From assembly GCA_964016885.1 (NCBI GenBank), contig OZ024740.1, forward strand, positions 168,330,001 through 168,394,000: DNA of 64,000 nucleotides, written 5' to 3'. The DNA comes from Eledone cirrhosa. Lineage: Eukaryota. A program made the position numbers and the translations under genes. Below are positions 13,775 through 29,236 of this stretch, piece by piece. Under the pieces are notes generated by a model. The model was given only the letters and a program-made list of their open reading frames with translations. It did not search any database and had not been told where the DNA came from. Each line of letters opens with the position of its first letter. The stretch's first letter is position 1.

Positions 13775-15403
13775 GTTAGTAAATGTACTTTATACATGTG
13801 AATATGTGTATGTTTGTGTGTATGCCTATATATGTGTATGCGTGTAAAGGTGTGTATATGCGTATATGTGTGTGTGTGCGGAGGGGGTTATATAAATGTT
13901 ATGACTGTTCACGTATGATTTTTTTTATTAAGAGTTCTTTTTGATATTACTGCTTTATGTTTCTTTCGAAACAATAACGTTCCTAAATCCATTGCCCTAA
14001 ATCCAAAGTTTCCAGACCATAGTAGCCCCATCTTTAGAATGAAAATAATTAATATGTTTACGTATGAACCTGTATCTGCTGATGGATTATAGGGCTGTAG
14101 TCGTGACATAGGGCGTGTCTCGGATATTTTAAACTTGGCGGAGCCCTTCTCCTCTCCAGATCTGAACACAGCCGATTTCTTCCAGAGAAGGAGAAAAACT
14201 GATACTGGGGGAGTGAAAAGAGATATAGAAGAAGTACTGTGTGGATACTTCTTTTATTGATCTCGAAAGAATGAAAAGCAAAGGTGACCTCAACGGGGTT
14301 TAAACTCATAGTGCAGAGAATCGTAACAAATACAGCAAAGCCTTCTATCCGAAAATAATCAACACGAAACCACAAATTAGTAAACTATAGAATGTACTTC
14401 AGACAACCAATATCATATACAAATTAAGAAATATAAATACGAAAGTTGTAATCTTCAGGACTCAAACGGTTAAATCGGACACATAAATAGAACACTCTCT
14501 CGTCGCTTTACAAGATGCCATCGCAACGCCTTACAATACAATATATGCAATAAATTTACATAAAAAATAAATGAGAGGGCGTCTATAGAGGCTTTACTAA
14601 TTATAAAATACAAACTAAATATCAACTCACAGATAAAACTTACGTGAAATTAACTATGAAATCTATTGGGTCTTAGCTAATGACTATTGTCTTGAATCAG
14701 GCGTCGAAAATGTTACCAATACTTCCATAACCTTTACGTCCTACGCCATTAATACAATCATTTTTATTCTGAAATGGCTGTTAAGGTTTCAAAACGTTAG
14801 CGGGCGTTAGTAGATTATTGGATTTAGGAATGCTATTGTTCCAAGCTAAGATTTAAAAACTAATAAGGAAAGCTATAAAAAATATTTAATAAAAAAGATC
14901 AAACTATATATGTGTGTGTGTGTTCTATATATATATGTGTGTGTTCTATATATATGTGTGTGTGTGTGTGTCTGTGTGCGTGAGTGTATGTGTGCGTGTG
15001 TGTTCTATATATATGTGTGTGTGTGTATGTGTGTGCGTGAGCGTGTGAGTGTGTGCGTGAGTACATGCGTGCGCGCGCGTGCATGTGTGCGTGTGCGCGT
15101 GTGCGCGTGTACGCGAGCGCGTGTGTGTGTTAGATATGAAATATCTCACTGTTGCCACTCGTCACCGCTATTCATTCAACTAAGTCTAAAACAATGTACG
15201 TGTTCAGGAATAGTACATTCTACGACGACCGTAGATCGAGCTAACTGCACCCTCATATAAATAGAAACACATGAGTGGTTAATAGTCACCAACATTATAA
15301 AGCTCCATTCACTATATTTGCTTTTCTAATAACGCTATGAAAAACATATACACCGCACCTACACTGTCCATAAAATGTTGGTCATTGTGTTCTGCTCGTA
15401 TAG

Positions 15404-15588
15404 TTGTTTCTACTTTTGGCACAAGGCCAGCAACTACCCAGTGCATTACTGGTACTTTATTTTCTCGACCCCGTAAGGATGAAAAGGCAAAGTTAACCTC
15501 GGCGGGATTTGAACTCAGAATGGCAAGGGCCGTAACTCTATGCGTCAAAGCATGGCGCCCGACCCTCTACCGGTACTGCCAATCCACC
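15404..15588 (-). mobile_element. tRNA-derived SINE
   Basis: B-box-like GAGTTCAAATCCC followed by the core ...actttgccttttcatccttacggggtcg...aaagtaccag. Same family as the copies at 28861, 29031, 36406 and 55025. Confidence 0.8.
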
Positions 15589-16759
15589 AGTGTTCTCTAA
15601 TAAGTGTCAACTGATTTCAATCGGTTTCATCGGGAGAAAAAAGTTGCAGATTATAATTAAAGAGATGGAAAACGTGAAGTATTGCGTTGTTGGTCTCAGT
15701 CTTTAGGTCTTCCTTTTTGCCGAGCAGTGTAACAAACCGAAGAAGGAACTTCGACAATGTTGCTTGATCGGTTAAAAATAACAGCTAAATCGGCTGGAAA
15801 CTTAGTGAATAGGAATTATTTGAGAAAGAAATAAGACACATGTGGAAGTAGAAATGTTAATTCACACCATAAAAATGTTCTTAGTCCGAGAAAAACGGTA
15901 GGTAGCCGGTAAACGATATATTTGCGTACCTTGTTCATTTCCTATGTCAAATTAGAGCATATAACGCATTTACCAAATACATATGTATGTGTGTGTTTAT
16001 ATATGCATATACATACACACACACACACAGCCGTTTCGACGGCTATTTCTGGACTCAAATCGTCCAGAAATAGCCGTCGAAACGGCTTGAGCTCTGCCGT
16101 CGGGGTCATACTTTTTCCTATTACCCACTCTACTACCCTAAGTATTGGGTACTCTGGTGCGTTATGGTCCATCTGGTTCCTTTCCACAATTCCTTCGTTA
16201 TATATATATATATATATTATATATATATATAAAAGGTAAACATAAATAACACACAATCGGTACAGTATATAGCAGGAAAAGGGTCTTAACGTTTCAGACG
16301 CTAGTCCTTCATATATACTATATATAATGTCAGATCGCTCTCGAGTGCTACTGGTAACATGTAACCCAGTACAACCTGGTCGGGTCGTCGGCGACTACAT
16401 CGGCAACCCCACCAAGCTTGCTTGTTGAGGAGGGTGATATTTGGACACCCTGCTGGATGAAATACAAGACCCGGCAAAGGACGGAGGAACTCAGCAGAGT
16501 CAACGGTCATCCAAATAGTTTTTTTCTTTTCTTTTTGTGAAGGCTATCGTATTTTCCGTGGCAAACATTTGCACCGAAGATATGTGTCCAAAAAGTGTGG
16601 TTGGTCCTATACAAACCTTCACCACTTAAAACAAAACTTTGTGTGGGTAGTTCAACATCAGTTCACTTTCTCACATTTAACTTTTTTTATACACTCATAC
16701 GTCTGTTATCGACGGGAGAGTCCATCATATATATATATATATATATTTGTGTGTGTATG

Positions 16760-16804
<45 letters not shown>

Positions 16805-17091
16805 CATGTGCGTATCAAGGTTCTAAAGTTAAGAGCTGTGAGCACATAATAAGTAATTTTAAACTCATTATACGTTTCATTTTGTATCTGAATTAAAAGC
16901 AATGATAAAGGTTTTATAGTAAGTTCTTGGATCTCGAAACATAATAAAAACATGTATGCGGTTTAATTATTTCAATTTTAAACGTAAGATGGTAACAAAT
17001 GAAGCAATGTGAAAATGTATAAAAGAGACATCATTTTGTGTGTGTGCTACATATTACATATATATTATGTATGTATGTGTGCATATATATT

Positions 17092-17640
17092 CTTCTTTGA
17101 CGCTAAACTCCGCCAGTTGCAGACAGTGCATCAACACGAGATATTTTTCTCCACAAAGTTCGATCACCAACAGCAGAGTTTAAAGAGCAAAGATCAAGTC
17201 TAGTCCATAAGTTGACATTATCAAGCCATCGTTTTGGCTGCCGGCCTCTGCTTCTCTTACCAACCAACCTTCCTTCCAGGCATAACCTACTCACAACACG
17301 AGTTGATCTTTTTATATGACCGTATAGTTTCAGTACTCTTGACTTGACAAATGATGTAACTGGTCTAAGTCTGGTAATGTTGAGCAGCTCACTGATACAG
17401 ATACGGTCGCTGAGCCGCTTGCTAGTCATAAGTCATAGTCATGGGGTTCTGGAATGTAGAGAGCTTCTGAAGTGACCTTGTCGTCCAATTAACACAACCA
17501 AGACCATAAAACATAACCGGTAGGATGTAAGTATCGAAGATCTTACCCTTCAAATGATAGGAAACTCATTTTGATGTTAGTACTTCCTTGTTCTTGTTGA
17601 AAGCTGTCCAACCTAGAGCGATGTGATACTGTGCAGCAAC
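17092..17640 (-). mobile_element. 3' fragment of an RTE-clade LINE
   Basis: ORF 17103-17429 has LKLYGHIKR...LEGRLVGKRSRGRQPKRWLD, the characteristic RTE C-terminus. Confidence 0.75.
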
Positions 17641-17759
17641 CATTTCCTTGTTGTTTGGTGATATTGGCTGTGCGTATATATGTACGTATTTTCTTTAAAT
17701 TTACTTCAATGATTTATAACATCCCTTTCTTTCTTTTTAATTTCTATAAATGTGAATAG

Positions 17760-17972
17760 TTATTGGAACACACTGGATTGGTGCAGAGAGACTCGGTTCG
17801 AATTGGTTCTGGGTACACGGCTGTGAAGCAATTGATCCTGTTCTAAATATACCCTGGAGATATAGCCATTCCGTGCCCTATATTCGAGCACTAGTATGGG
17901 CCAACAAATGGCTTGGAGCTGGACCAAGAAGACACGCTCGCTATGTCTGTGAAGATGAACAAGTAAAACTAG
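17760..17972 (+). CDS. Exon: C-terminal half of the C-type-lectin-like domain (absent from ORF track)
   Basis: Pyrimidine tract plus aatag| acceptor, ctag|gtaaaa donor, 213 bp, phase 1-1. Manual translation: VIGTHWIGAERLGSNWFWVHGCEAIDPVLNIPWRYSHSVPYIRALVWANKWLGAGPRRHARYVCEDEQVKL (WIG, WxW, YVCE). Confidence 0.8.
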
Positions 17973-18291
17973 GTAAAATACGTTCTTATATATGCAAACG
18001 CTCATGTATGCGTGCTTGTATGAGTGTAAATAACCGGTTGTCTTAAGAAGCATTGGGAAAATTTGAAATTTGAAATGTGGTCACCCCCAACGCAAATGAC
18101 CATAGTAATACACGATCAATATAAATAATAGTTGAGAACATCGGATAAAAGTAACATATGCATCTGTGAGGAATCGAATGCCGGGTGAGTGCGTTAATGG
18201 ACACGCTAAATAGCCACCGGCCAAAATTTCAGTATACTTTGAAGAATTATGGAAGAATTATATATATTTGTGTGTGTATCTATGTATGTAT

Positions 18292-18834
18292 GTTGGCGAC
18301 TAAACTGGCAACCCCACCAAGGTTTCTTGGTGAGGAGGGTGACTTTGGACATCCTGCAGGACTAAAAACAAAACCTGTCAAAGGGCAAAGGAGCTCTTAA
18401 GAGTCAATGGCCATCCAAAATCACCGGGAGAGATGACCCCTTAGCCTTTGTCAAGGCAGAATTCTAGGAGAAGGAAAACTCTGATATAACACCTGCAACC
18501 CTGATGGTATCCAATGATGTTGACTTGTTCTTCTTTTTGGTAAATATCATCTTGGTTAAGAGAGTGGGACTGGCTTTGTGCAGTGCCTTTGCTCACTATA
18601 AAAGCTTCACGGCACAGGCATTGCTTTATATCTGGAGATCTCTCTGCACTTGTCGTCACATGGTACCATGGGCCCAGCACTATGTGTCAGTAATTGTCAC
18701 AAGTGTAGTGTTTGTACCAGAGTTTTCAAGTCGCTGGCTGGACTAAAAAGTCACACTCGTTCAGCGCATCGGTAGGGGTTCTCCTACATGGATATAAAGT
18801 AGTGGCCGTACTCGAAAACGAGTTGGCAGCCACC
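18292..18834 (+). repeat. Interspersed non-coding repeat of unknown class; near-identical inverted copy at 46548-47155, related fragment 16328-16515
   Basis: Direct sequence match between the copies. All abut TA/TG microsatellites. Confidence 0.75.
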
Positions 18835-18837
18835 ATG

Positions 18838-18960
<123 letters not shown>

Positions 18961-19092
18961 GTGTGTGTGTGCGTGTGTGCGTGTGTGTGTATAGTGTAGG
19001 TCATTCAATGAATTACTGGTGATAATACCAAAGGAAGCACTCTATGCACAAGCAGAGTGTTTATATTTAAAACATGAAGTTTCGTTTACATG

Positions 19093-19132
<40 letters not shown>

Positions 19133-19496
19133 GCAAGTTTGAAGAATTATTAGATAAAATTATTAGATAAAATATAATTATTAGATAAAATATATTTCCT
19201 CTCCTTAGTCCGTATAAATCAACCACATAAATAATCATTTAAACGAGGCTATAAGTTTAAAATGTAACTATGAAGAAATCATAGACAAATGATACAGATG
19301 TGGTTGATTACTACGGACTAGGGAGAGGAAATACTGTATATATTTTATCTAATAATTCTTCAGACTTGCAATTTTATATATAGCTCTGATTAATGATTAT
19401 TTGCTTAATTAATTCTTCATTGAGCCACACCATGAAAGGTAGCCAAACTCATATATGTATCTGTGACTATGTCTAATTATATCCCTTTGAATTATA

Positions 19497-19536
<40 letters not shown>

Positions 19537-19734
19537 CTACCTGTCGAAACGGCCGGGGCTCAGCCGTCGGGGTCCTGAATTTGTTCATATTACCCATTCT
19601 ACTACCCCAAGTATCGAGTACTCTTGTGGGTTATGGTTCACCTGGTGTTTTACCACACCCTATCTAATATATATATATATATACAGGGATTGAAGGTTCA
19701 AGACCTTAGGGGTATGTCGAACAACCAATCTCTT

Positions 19735-19797
19735 ATGTTTTATCTGATGATGGCGTACTTAAAAACCACTGTATCCTTGAAATATGTATAATAACAT
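19735..19797 (+). ncRNA. Type-I hammerhead ribozyme in a short PLE terminal remnant
   Basis: atgttttat-CTGATGA-...-GAAA-tatgta-TA-ataacat. Stem II is imperfect. Confidence 0.55.
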
Positions 19798-19919
19798 ATA
19801 TATTTTGGTTATGAAAATTCTCAATTATTAATATTTTGAATATTATAGATACTCCAGATAAAATACTGTTGAGTGCTTCTAATCTATTGTAAAATTTTAA
19901 TTCGTTATATATATATATA

Positions 19920-22445
19920 CAGGTTACAAGGAGGAAATTAAATTTTTACCCAGTCTAATGAATTACGTTACCGCTGACAGTAACACATCGATAGGACACA
20001 ACGGCGGGACCAACACAACTAGGACTTCATTACTCATCCCTGATACCACACTACAGAGTAATCCTGGAGGAACTGCTAACCATGGCTTATTAAGAAGGGA
20101 CCGGACCTCGCTTACATTGGAAAACAAGGAAGCCGACGCGGTGGAGCCGCGGAGGACATGTGTGGGCCCGGGAGTGAGAGTGGAAGGTACGAACCGCCTC
20201 CCTCGCTATGAACGGAGACCACTCAGTTCGGTGTGCTCCGATAGGCTTAACCAACCCCACGGGCAACGACGAGTTGGGGGCATGGCTCTTCCAGACGTCT
20301 ACAGCGAATACGTAACACATACTTTGACAGAACGGGTACAGGGACTGGTGGCTACAACAGGAAGCGAACCCGTTCCCGTAATGTCATTTGGTTTAACCCC
20401 TCTTCTGTGCCGGTTTACGCAACAGAGCGGCCTTTTTCTTCATGGCTTTGGATAAGCATTTCCATAAACAACACCGGTACCACGCCATTTTCAACAGGCA
20501 CACTATTAAATTGTCCTACTCCACAACTAGAAACCTAGCGCAAAATATAGAAGCCTTAAACTGCAGTAGATTAAAAAAACGTCCGCAACTCCAGGGGAAA
20601 CAGCAACCGTGAGGAGACGCACCACGCAAATACCTCTTCCTCTGTTGGTAACATCTTAAACCATGAAAGACCGAGGAATCATACAACGCCATCCGGAGAT
20701 CTGGGCTGTAATTGTAGAAACCGCAGTAACTACCCCCTGGAGGGTAGGTGCCTCGGCAGTGGCTTAGTATATGAATGTAGGATGAAGACCAACAACCAAA
20801 CTTTCACATATATCGGAGCCACAGCTAATAAATTTAAGGAACGCTGGTACAATCACTGCCACACCTTTAGGAGTGTTGATAAGAAACACAGCACCGCCCT
20901 CTCAGAACTGGTGTGGCGCCTCAAACATGATAACGTAGAATACACCTTGTCGTGGTCCAAAGTAGCCTCAGCCCAACACTACAGAGGGGGTGGACATGAC
21001 TCATGCAATTTGTGTGTCACCGATATTATGGAAATAAGCTCGAGTTATCAATAAAAGGAGTAACCTCTTCAGCACCTGCCTCCACAGATCATCTGAAACC
21101 TTCCTCAAACTGTACGGACTAACATCATAGTTGTACTAGTTGAAGACTATTGCAAACTTGACCGTGGAAGCCGGGTGTGGCCACAAAACAACCCCAGCGT
21201 GTTCCTTATTCTCTGTTTATATACCTACTGTTTTTTTTATGTAGTTTTGTCCCGTTCTTTTATTATTGTGTTCTCTATATGTGTTCTCGATTTCTTATCT
21301 GTTTGTTCCTGTCCCTACTTTCGCTTCCCGTAACTCTCTTCCATAGTCTAACTGCCCTTTAATAGTATTGTTGCCACTGTAGTTAAACCTGAATGCTATT
21401 GTGGTTAACCGTTTTTTCTGCACTGTAATTATTGCTAGCCTTGTGCCTTAGAATGATAGAGAGGAATGTATTAACTGTGCATGTATTTATTTATATATAT
21501 ATAAATACCCATCTATGTTTTCTATCCCATTTTCACTTCCTTGTTTCAACGGACTACTATTGTGGTTAGTTTATTTTTCATGGAAGCATGGCCTTTTCCT
21601 GTTGCTGCCGTCACCGTGGTGGGATCATCACTGGTGTTGTTGTTGTTATTCTTATTGGTGTTACCAATGGGCTTGATGCTAATGTAAATGATACCACTAC
21701 TACTACGACGAACGGGGTAGGTGATGGGCGGTGTTAATGTATGTTGCCGTTACCATTGTTGTTGTTGCTATATATGGTCATGGTGATTGATACCACCAAT
21801 TATGTGTACCCACCTACCTCAGAACTCCTTTTTATTGCTTTGGCGTTATCGCTGTTATTGTCGACAGGGTGATACCGCCACTACCACTGCTACGGCCTGT
21901 GTACACGACGCTGGTCTGTGTTTTTGCTGTTGTTGTTGTAAGTGTTTACTGTAGCTGTTGATTTCGTTGTTGTTGTCAGTAGGGTAGTAATATCACTACG
22001 ACTATTGCGGCCAGTGTGGACGATATTCCATCGGCTGTTTGCTGTTATTGTCGTTATTGTTGTTGTCATTGTTGTCTATAGGTGGTTGTCAACAAAATAT
22101 ATACCCCACTCTTCCCCAGAGCTCTATTTATTGCTTCCACTGTCTACTGTGTTTTGGCTATACACAGTTTTTCGGGGGGTGGGGTCGTGGATATCTTTTT
22201 CTAACAAACACGACGGCTGGCAAACCCTTCACGGAACTCATATGTCTGCTGGGTACACAAGCAATAGGACGTGTGTTTTTTCCTGCCAGCGACATATCAA
22301 ACATATCGGTTTTCATCTGAGGATACCGTTCTCATAATCAACAGCAAATGCATGAAGGACATCTCGATTGCATGGAGAACCGTGGAAATGATTATAATGA
22401 TTAAACGATATATGTAACCTCACCATCTTATTTTGTTATTTTTAT
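19920..22445 (+). mobile_element. Decayed Penelope-like element (thumb, Cys linker, GIY-YIG, long 3' region with terminal HHR)
   Basis: GCNCRN...PLEGRC..GLVY at about 20703, then ORF 20782-21054 YIGATANKFKERWYNH...CNLC. HHR at 22313-22400. TA flanks. Confidence 0.75.
22313..22400 (+). ncRNA. Type-I hammerhead ribozyme with extended stem II
   Basis: tcat-CTGAGGA-tacCgttctc...gagaacCgtg-GAAA-tgatta-TA-atga. Stem I extends via atatcg/cgatat. Confidence 0.65.
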
Positions 22446-22733
22446 ATATATATATATAAAACTCAATACACACCTCACCCCATCCTCCCTTTTCCGTTCT
22501 GTCCACTGTGTCGATGACACAACAGTCCACACTGTAAGGTGGTCGTGTAAGAGACACGGTAAAAAGGTTCGCAGTCCACACTGTAAACGTGGTAGGTAGG
22601 AAGGGCATCCAGCTGTAAAAAAACCTGCCATAGACACTTCCGTACGAGCTAGACACGGTCTCCCGACCATTCTCGTATCAAATGGAACAAAACCATCTAA
22701 CCCATGCTAGCGTGGAAGATGGACGTTAAACGA

Positions 22734-22794
<61 letters not shown>

Positions 22795-22798
<4 letters not shown>

Positions 22799-23561
22799 AT
22801 ACATTATCGGAGAATGCTTTTTAGCGATACTCCGGCCAAATTCCAACTCACTCAACAAACATTAGGAAATAAGTGAGTATATTCCTAATTAAGCGTTCGG
22901 GGTGCTAACTAAATGTATTGCGTGGAAAATTGGCTGTATTATTTGATATGAGACTTATCGAATATATCTCTTCCCAGACGGACGTCTCGTTTCATTATAG
23001 GATTCCTACAATTTGGGTGAAATTATACCAATTTATTTAGGAGCTTGTATACCATCAATAGATATATATTCAAGTGGGCTCCTATAATTCATCAGTGGGT
23101 GCCCCAATAATACTAATATTGATAATCTAACCAACATCAGTATTTAGGGATAATCATCATCAGTGCCTGAGGTATCTGTTAGGTTGCTAGTCCAGCAGTT
23201 CTAAAGAAATACTCAAACTGATTCAAAAATGAGGAAATAAATTAGCGCCAAAAAAACAATACATGCGCATGACAATGAACTCTAAAAGAAATTCAGGCCA
23301 CGTGCTAGAACTCAATTGGAACTTGAAAAAATATCTATGTGTGTACAACGTTTGATGACACACACAGATATTTTCTCGGGCAAAATAACAGAATGAGATA
23401 TAAGAAACAATCAATATTCATATATAAAAAAATAAACAAAGAAAGTTTAACCTTATACCGGGAATTTCAAATCTGTTGCACCAAGAGTAAATAAATAAAT
23501 ACATTATCGGAGAAAGCTTTTTAGCGTTACTCCGGCCAAATTCCAACTCACTCAACAAACA
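22795..23561 (-). mobile_element. Non-coding terminally redundant element, 700-nt unit, one HHR
   Basis: A ~65-bp direct repeat lies at 22795-22861 and 23495-23561 (period 700). (TA)n on both sides. Confidence 0.7.
22973..23099 (-). ncRNA. Type-I hammerhead ribozyme with ~90-nt stem II domain
   Basis: Minus strand: ccca-CTGATGA-attatagga...tcctataat-GAAA-cg(agacgtc)cg-TC-tggg. Confidence 0.7.
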
Positions 23562-24195
23562 TATATATATATATATGCAAGATAAGATAAATTTGGCGGG
23601 GATCTATCTACAAATGTAAATCATATAACTCGCTGTGAAAAGGAACAAGTGTCAACCCACTTTGTTATTCTCCTTCATATAAAAATAAGAGTTTTCCTTT
23701 ACGTGTTTCACAGCTAGTTGTCTATATTTTTGGTTGTTGCATTTGTGTATGGAGTTAACACATGCATCGAGAGATAGACTTCCCATTCCGACTGCTGTTA
23801 TTTCAACATTCCCTGATATAACTTACACAGCGATAGTGCCACACACTTGAAACTTCCCCTTCGATAAAATCATCAAATGATGTCTCTTTCACCTAAACAG
23901 ATGAGATAAGAGCAGAAGTAGATTGTGTCTTAAAACCTACCCGGGCATTGACTAACATAGTGCTGACTGCTGATGACCGGAGACGTGTTTTCACTGTTTA
24001 ACCAAGACGCGTTGCATGTTCGTCTCCATGTTTGTGCAACACCGATGATTTCAGTTTTTTTCCTGACATTCTTTCGACTGTTTTTATTTTATCCAACCCA
24101 GTAGCCACGAATATTAAGGAAAGCCCATATAGCCAGTCAACCTGTGAATAAGAGATTTCTTATAAACTCTAAATATATTTTCTTTCTTTTCGCAG

Positions 24196-24464
24196 ATAGC
24201 TGTAATCACTCCCAGAGTTTCACAAAGATTAAGTCGGAATGGTTCCTGTCATCGCGTCTACAAAGTCTCAAGGCACTCCATAGAGTGGACTGCGGCCGAT
24301 TATGTCTGGCGGACTCTACTTGTGAAGGATTTTGTTTCCAAAAATGGGGCCAACATACATGTATACTGTACGGGCAGAAAAATCGCCAAAGACAAGGTGA
24401 AGCGAGATGTAGGGTTACGAATGAATCATGCTACGTACGAGTGGATGACTGTATCGATGAATAA
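24196..24464 (+). CDS. Terminal exon: PAN/apple-like domain
   Basis: tctttcttttcgcag| acceptor, phase 1. [17 protein letters not shown]...TCILY matches the PAN C-x3-C-x5-C-x2-F...C-x-L pattern. Stop TAA at 24462-24464. Confidence 0.8.
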
Positions 24465-24512
24465 ATTATTCTGACGTTTTGCATACATCTATAGATGTGC
24501 ACACATACACAA

Positions 24513-24911
<399 letters not shown>

Positions 24912-24961
24912 TAGATAGATAGGTAAATATACACGGGTGTATATGATTGTGTATAGAAGAT

Positions 24962-25343
24962 TATATTAATAAGAGGAATTCCAACTTTGTCTGATTTACT
25001 CGTTTTATTTACAATCCTTTAAAATATATAATGGTATTATAATGAAATAGTATGATAGAATATTAAATTCTAAGTGTTAATTGAACAAGTACTTTCATGC
25101 TTTCGCAATCTTCAGGTTCATAATATGTGGTGACAGTCGAGTTTGCAATTTTCAACTGTGGAAATTGCAAACTCGACTGTCACCACATATTATGAACCTG
25201 AAGATTGCGAAAGCATGAAAGTACTTGTTCAATTAACACTTAGAATTTAATATTCTATCATACTATTTCATTATAATACCATTATATATTTTAAAGGATT
25301 GTAAATAAAACGAGTAAATCAAACAAAGTTGGAATTCCTCTTA

Positions 25344-25350
<7 letters not shown>
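24962..25350. repeat. ~190-bp-arm fold-back palindrome carrying a minimal HHR in each arm
   Basis: 24962-25151 is inverted at 25162-25350 with a ~10-nt loop. Followed by (TA)n. Confidence 0.85.
25193..25231 (+). ncRNA. Minimal type-I hammerhead ribozyme (mirror 25082-25120)
   Basis: tgaac-CTGAAGA-t-tgc(gaaa)gca-t-GAAA-gtac-TT-gttca. Confidence 0.75.
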
Positions 25351-27131
<1,781 letters not shown>

Positions 27132-27334
27132 TAGCAGCTGTAACAGACCTTGTCTGAGTTTAAATAAATATCCAATGGCTGTTTCCTTGAAAAGTTGTGC
27201 CGCTGAAAAAGTTTAGTTATTTACAAGCAAAACTATGGTCTACAATTTGGAACATACATAAAATACATATTATTTGTTCATGTGTAACTACACTGAGTTT
27301 AACGTATGACGTTCCTTTAATATACATACAAATA

Positions 27335-27521
<187 letters not shown>

Positions 27522-28860
27522 ACGCGTGTGCGTGTGTATGAAAGCATGCCAGAGGTTCGTGTGCACGCGTACACCCTTCGAAGAATAGAAGGCACGAAGT
27601 CAACACTTACCGTTTACATCCATCAATAAATTTTAAGACTTTCTGCTTCGATGCCATATCATCGTCATCACCCTCATCATTGTCACTATCACAACCACTA
27701 CTACCACAACCAACACTATTATCATCATCGTCCTCATTATCATCACTATCGTTAACATCATCGTCAAAGAGAAAAAAACTAGATACTGTACGGTATCAAT
27801 TTCGTTTGTCCCTCGAACGAGGCTTTTGATTTCATATTCCACCATGCTCGACTTTTTTAAAACACGAGATGTTTTTTGTTTTAATGTAAAATATGTCATC
27901 CCATTAATAAAACCTGACCAACGTTGACTGCATCAACAATCGATTAATAAACTAGCGAACGAGGATTTCCCAGTGACCCGGCATGCAAAAAATAGCAGCC
28001 AAATCTCTGTTCATATCACACTTGGAAAATATAATGAAGGATACATTGGTTATTGTAGTCTTGCATATACAGAAAAAAAACGATGGTAATGGCTGGCACC
28101 TTTTAAACATAATTTTGATTGATCTGAACTATGGCTATGACAAGAATAACGACCCTTTTATAGGACAACTTTGAGCAATTTATTAAAGCTGCATACGATG
28201 GCGTAGACACCTTCGTCAGATATTCTAGCTTATTGATGCAAGATCTGGCCAGAATCATGTAAGTTAACGTAAAGCGAGTTTTGGCTTACAAAGAAAAATT
28301 AACATTACAATAACATCACAAGATCTTCCACGTTTATAATATATAAACTCATGTATCACTGGTGAGGCAGATATTGTAACACTTGTTTACTTACACAATC
28401 ATTCTGCAGTAAACAATAGCCCGTGTGAATGAGGTTCTGTTTTTACGTATAGACATTTTCAAATGGTTATGGAATCCAAGAGGAAAATATCGAATTCAAT
28501 GTTATAGTGAAATATGTTTATTGTATAGCCAGGATGTTTCAAAAGTCTGGTTTCATAAATTCATCTAATGATATAATTTCCGTTAAAAATGTATTTGTTA
28601 ATTAACATATTTTCTTAAGATACATGTTCAAAATATATTGATGTAAAAACTAACAAAAAGAAAAGAAAATCTTATTAATAAATAAATTTTAAACGGAGCC
28701 AAACTTTGAATTAAATCTGATTTTTAAATAAATATTAACTAGTTCTAAGTATGAATTCTTTTTCGAATTAGATGAAATCATTTATTTTATGCATGTCATG
28801 AATACATAAATGTATACATACTTCATCAAAATCAAGACTATCTAAAGATCTTTCATCAGG

Positions 28861-29236
28861 CTGGTTTGGTAGTATCGGTAGAGCATCAGACGCCATGCTT
28901 TGCAGCATAGGAGCTACGACTCTTTATGTTCTGAGTTCAAATCCCGCCAGGTTAACTTTGAATATCATCCTTACGGGGTCGACAAGATAAAGCACCAGTA
29001 TTGCACTGTGGTAATTGATGGCCTTGTGTCGGTGGATTGGCAGTATCGGTAGAGGGTCGGACGCCATGCTTTCCAGCATAGTTACGTCCCTTTACGATCT
29101 GAGTTCAAATCCCGCCGAGGTTGACTTTGCCTTTCATCCTTACGGGGTCGATAAAATAAAAGTACCAGTAATGCACTGGGTAATTGCTGGCCTTGTGCCT
29201 AAAGTAGAAACAATTATTATTATCATTATTATTATT
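28861..29236 (+). mobile_element. Two tandem tRNA-derived SINEs with (ATT)n tail
   Basis: Two successive copies (about 28861-29025 and 29031-29212), each with GAGTTCAAATCCCGCC and the catccttacggggtcga core. Confidence 0.8.
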
